Source: a virus (taxonomy: Duplodnaviria; Heunggongvirae; Uroviricota; Caudoviricetes). Taken from it: 64,000 nucleotides of DNA. Location: positions 107,001 through 171,000 of IMG/VR virus record IMGVR_UViG_3300021387_000463; one strand, given 5' to 3'. This document shows, in pieces, positions 62,647 through 64,000 of this stretch. The stretch's first letter is position 1. Every line of letters begins with the position of its first letter. The position numbers were made by a program, and so were the translations under genes. The notes under the pieces were generated by a model. That model worked only from the letters and a program-made list of their open reading frames with translations, was not told the origin of the DNA and ran no database searches.

Positions 62647-63840
62647 ATGATTTATAGTATACTCGATTCAGACCTCTATAAATTTACGATGTCTAATGCT
62701 TATTTTCAGTTGTATCCTGATGCTGAAGGTACGTTTGCTTTTAATGACCGTAACAATGAGGTTTATGACAAGAAGTTCTTGGAAATGCTTCAATTAGAGT
62801 TCGCTCGTCTTTGTGAACTTAAGTTGACAACGGAAGAGTACATGTATGTGTCTCAGATTCGTTTTTTAGCAACCAACTACACTGAGTGGTTGAAGAACTT
62901 TAAGTTTGAGTTTGACAAGATTAAGTTCTGGCTCGATGACGAGGGACATCTTCACATTGAGGTAACTGACAAGATGTATAAGGTAACTCTTTACGAAGTA
63001 CCTATCCTTGCCACAGTTGCCGAGTGTCGTAACAAGTGGCTTGGTGTACACATTGATAATGCAAGGGTGATTGAAATCCTCGATAAGAAGATTGACTTTG
63101 CCAATGAGCATCAGTTGTATTTCTCTGAATTCGGTACAAGACGTAGAGCTTCTGCTGCAAGTCATGACCTCATTGTAAGACGTTTGAAGGAGCGTTGCCC
63201 AATCTATTGCGTTGGTACATCCAATGTGTATTTGGCAATGAAGTATAACATGATGCCTAGTGGAACTTGCGCACATGAGTGGATTATGTTCCACGCTGGT
63301 ATTGGCGGTTTTAAGACTGCTAACCTCACAGCCCTTAACGATTGGATTAAGGTGTATCAAGGTGACTTGGGTATTTCGTTGATTGATACCTATACCACAG
63401 CTTCATATCTCCACACACTTACGCTTAAGCAAGCTAAGTTGCTTGATGGCTTCCGTCAAGACAGTGGTGATGAATACCGCATCGGTAACATGATTATCGA
63501 TAAGCTGCATGAAATGCGCATCGACCCAACAAGCAAGACCATTGTCTTCAGCAATGCGCTTAACTTTGAGAAGTATGCTGAGATTGCTCGTTACTTTAAG
63601 GGACGCATCAAGGTATCCGCTGGTATTGGTACAAACCTTACTTGTGACCTTGGTATTGATGGCTACAAGCCAGCCAATATCGTGATGAAACTCGCTAAAT
63701 GCCGTTACAGTCCTCGTGATTTCTGGGAGTATGTCATCAAGATTTCCGATGACCTTGGAAAGCACATGGGTCGTAAAGACCTATTCGACATTGCTGCCAA
63801 GGAGTTGCACTTTGAAGAGCTTGGTGTTAAAGTAAATTAA
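62647..63840 (+). CDS. pncB: nicotinate phosphoribosyltransferase (NAPRTase, PncB-like)
   Basis: N-terminal ILDSDLYKFTM and C-terminal SAGIGTNLTCD are NAPRTase family hallmarks. Confidence 0.6.
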   Translation: MIYSILDSDLYKFTMSNAYFQLYPDAEGTFAFNDRNNEVYDKKFLEMLQLEFARLCELKLTTEEYMYVSQIRFLATNYTEWLKNFKFEFDKIKFWLDDEGHLHIEVTDKMYKVTLYEVPILATVAECRNKWLGVHIDNARVIEILDKKIDFANEHQLYFSEFGTRRRASAASHDLIVRRLKERCPIYCVGTSNVYLAMKYNMMPSGTCAHEWIMFHAGIGGFKTANLTALNDWIKVYQGDLGISLIDTYTTASYLHTLTLKQAKLLDGFRQDSGDEYRIGNMIIDKLHEMRIDPTSKTIVFSNALNFEKYAEIARYFKGRIKVSAGIGTNLTCDLGIDGYKPANIVMKLAKCRYSPRDFWEYVIKISDDLGKHMGRKDLFDIAAKELHFEELGVKVN

Positions 63841-63850
63841 ATAAAATTAA

Positions 63851-63882
63851 CGTGAGATATTTGGTTATCTCACGTTTTTTTT
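63851..63882 (+). terminator. terminator hairpin overlapping the next promoter's -33 element
   Basis: cgtgagatatttggttatctcacg + tttttttt. Confidence 0.5.
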
Positions 63883-63891
63883 ATATCTTTG
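63860..63891 (+). promoter_or_regulatory. Bacteroidetes-type promoter
   Basis: TTTGgttatctcacgttttttttaTATCTTTGca. Confidence 0.5.
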
Positions 63892-64000
63892 CAACTAAGA
63901 AACTGAATATTATTGTCGGCAAAGATGATATTGGAAAAAGATAAAGTATACAAAATAAGGCATAAAGGTGAACATTCATTAACCTATTTGAGAGATTACA

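Overview
This window is an AT-rich (~35% GC) single-strand-biased piece of a large virulent phage, most likely one infecting Bacteroidota. Every supported gene lies on the + strand. More than 25 intergenic regions carry the Bacteroidetes sigma-A promoter consensus (TTTG at -33, then 19-21 nt, then TAnnTTTG at -7), usually inside an extended conserved module of the form aaaTTTGgaaatctcaaaaattatcTATATCTTTGca. Several copies sit directly behind a hairpin plus T-run terminator.

The first ~40 kb is a very large tRNA region. I count at least 50 tRNA or tRNA-like genes. None encodes CCA except a few fragments. They are interleaved with three HNH homing endonucleases, one DUF559/Vsr-like endonuclease, and small zinc-ribbon proteins.

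Many tRNAs are canonical: Gln, His, Gly x2, Leu, Arg x3, Phe, Asp, Val, Asn x2, Ser x2, Lys, Thr x2, Ala, Trp, Ile, Met, Pro. A striking subset is non-canonical:
- Oversized tRNA-like genes of 116-139 nt with perfect acceptor and T arms.
- A tRNA-Lys with a hairpin inserted in the D-loop.
- Type-II tRNAs carrying CUA (amber suppressor), GUU and CAU anticodons.
- At least three loci where a tRNA 3' half (T arm, acceptor 3' strand, sometimes CCA) is followed after 5-20 nt by the perfectly complementary acceptor 5' strand plus D arm. This is a circularly permuted or split tRNA arrangement.

Those permuted units are bracketed by a recurring bipartite element. Its 5' end reads GG(N4-5)-TACAGCAA. 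Its 3' end is the complementary strand followed by GATTTTT. The terminal helix covaries between copies, which argues for RNA structure; the same module also sits inside several oversized tRNAs.

Downstream genes fit a tRNA maturation and repair theme: an Rnl2-like RNA ligase (KLDGTN motif), a CCA-adding enzyme with HD domain, and endonuclease V.

A complete NAD+ salvage set is present: PncA-like nicotinamidase, NAPRTase, NadM-type NMNAT, CinA/PncC NMN deamidase and a Nudix hydrolase. Other calls are DHFR, a HIT hydrolase, a GNAT acetyltransferase, a RecA-like P-loop ATPase, a phage-encoded OmpA-family outer-membrane protein, two S24-like peptidase paralogs, an M20/M28-like metallopeptidase, a paralogous lipoprotein pair, and two large paralogous proteins of unknown function.

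Two long noncoding stretches (22.0-22.8 kb and 23.1-24.7 kb) contain structured-RNA repeats with compensatory base changes.

All coordinates were counted by hand and may be off by a few nucleotides.
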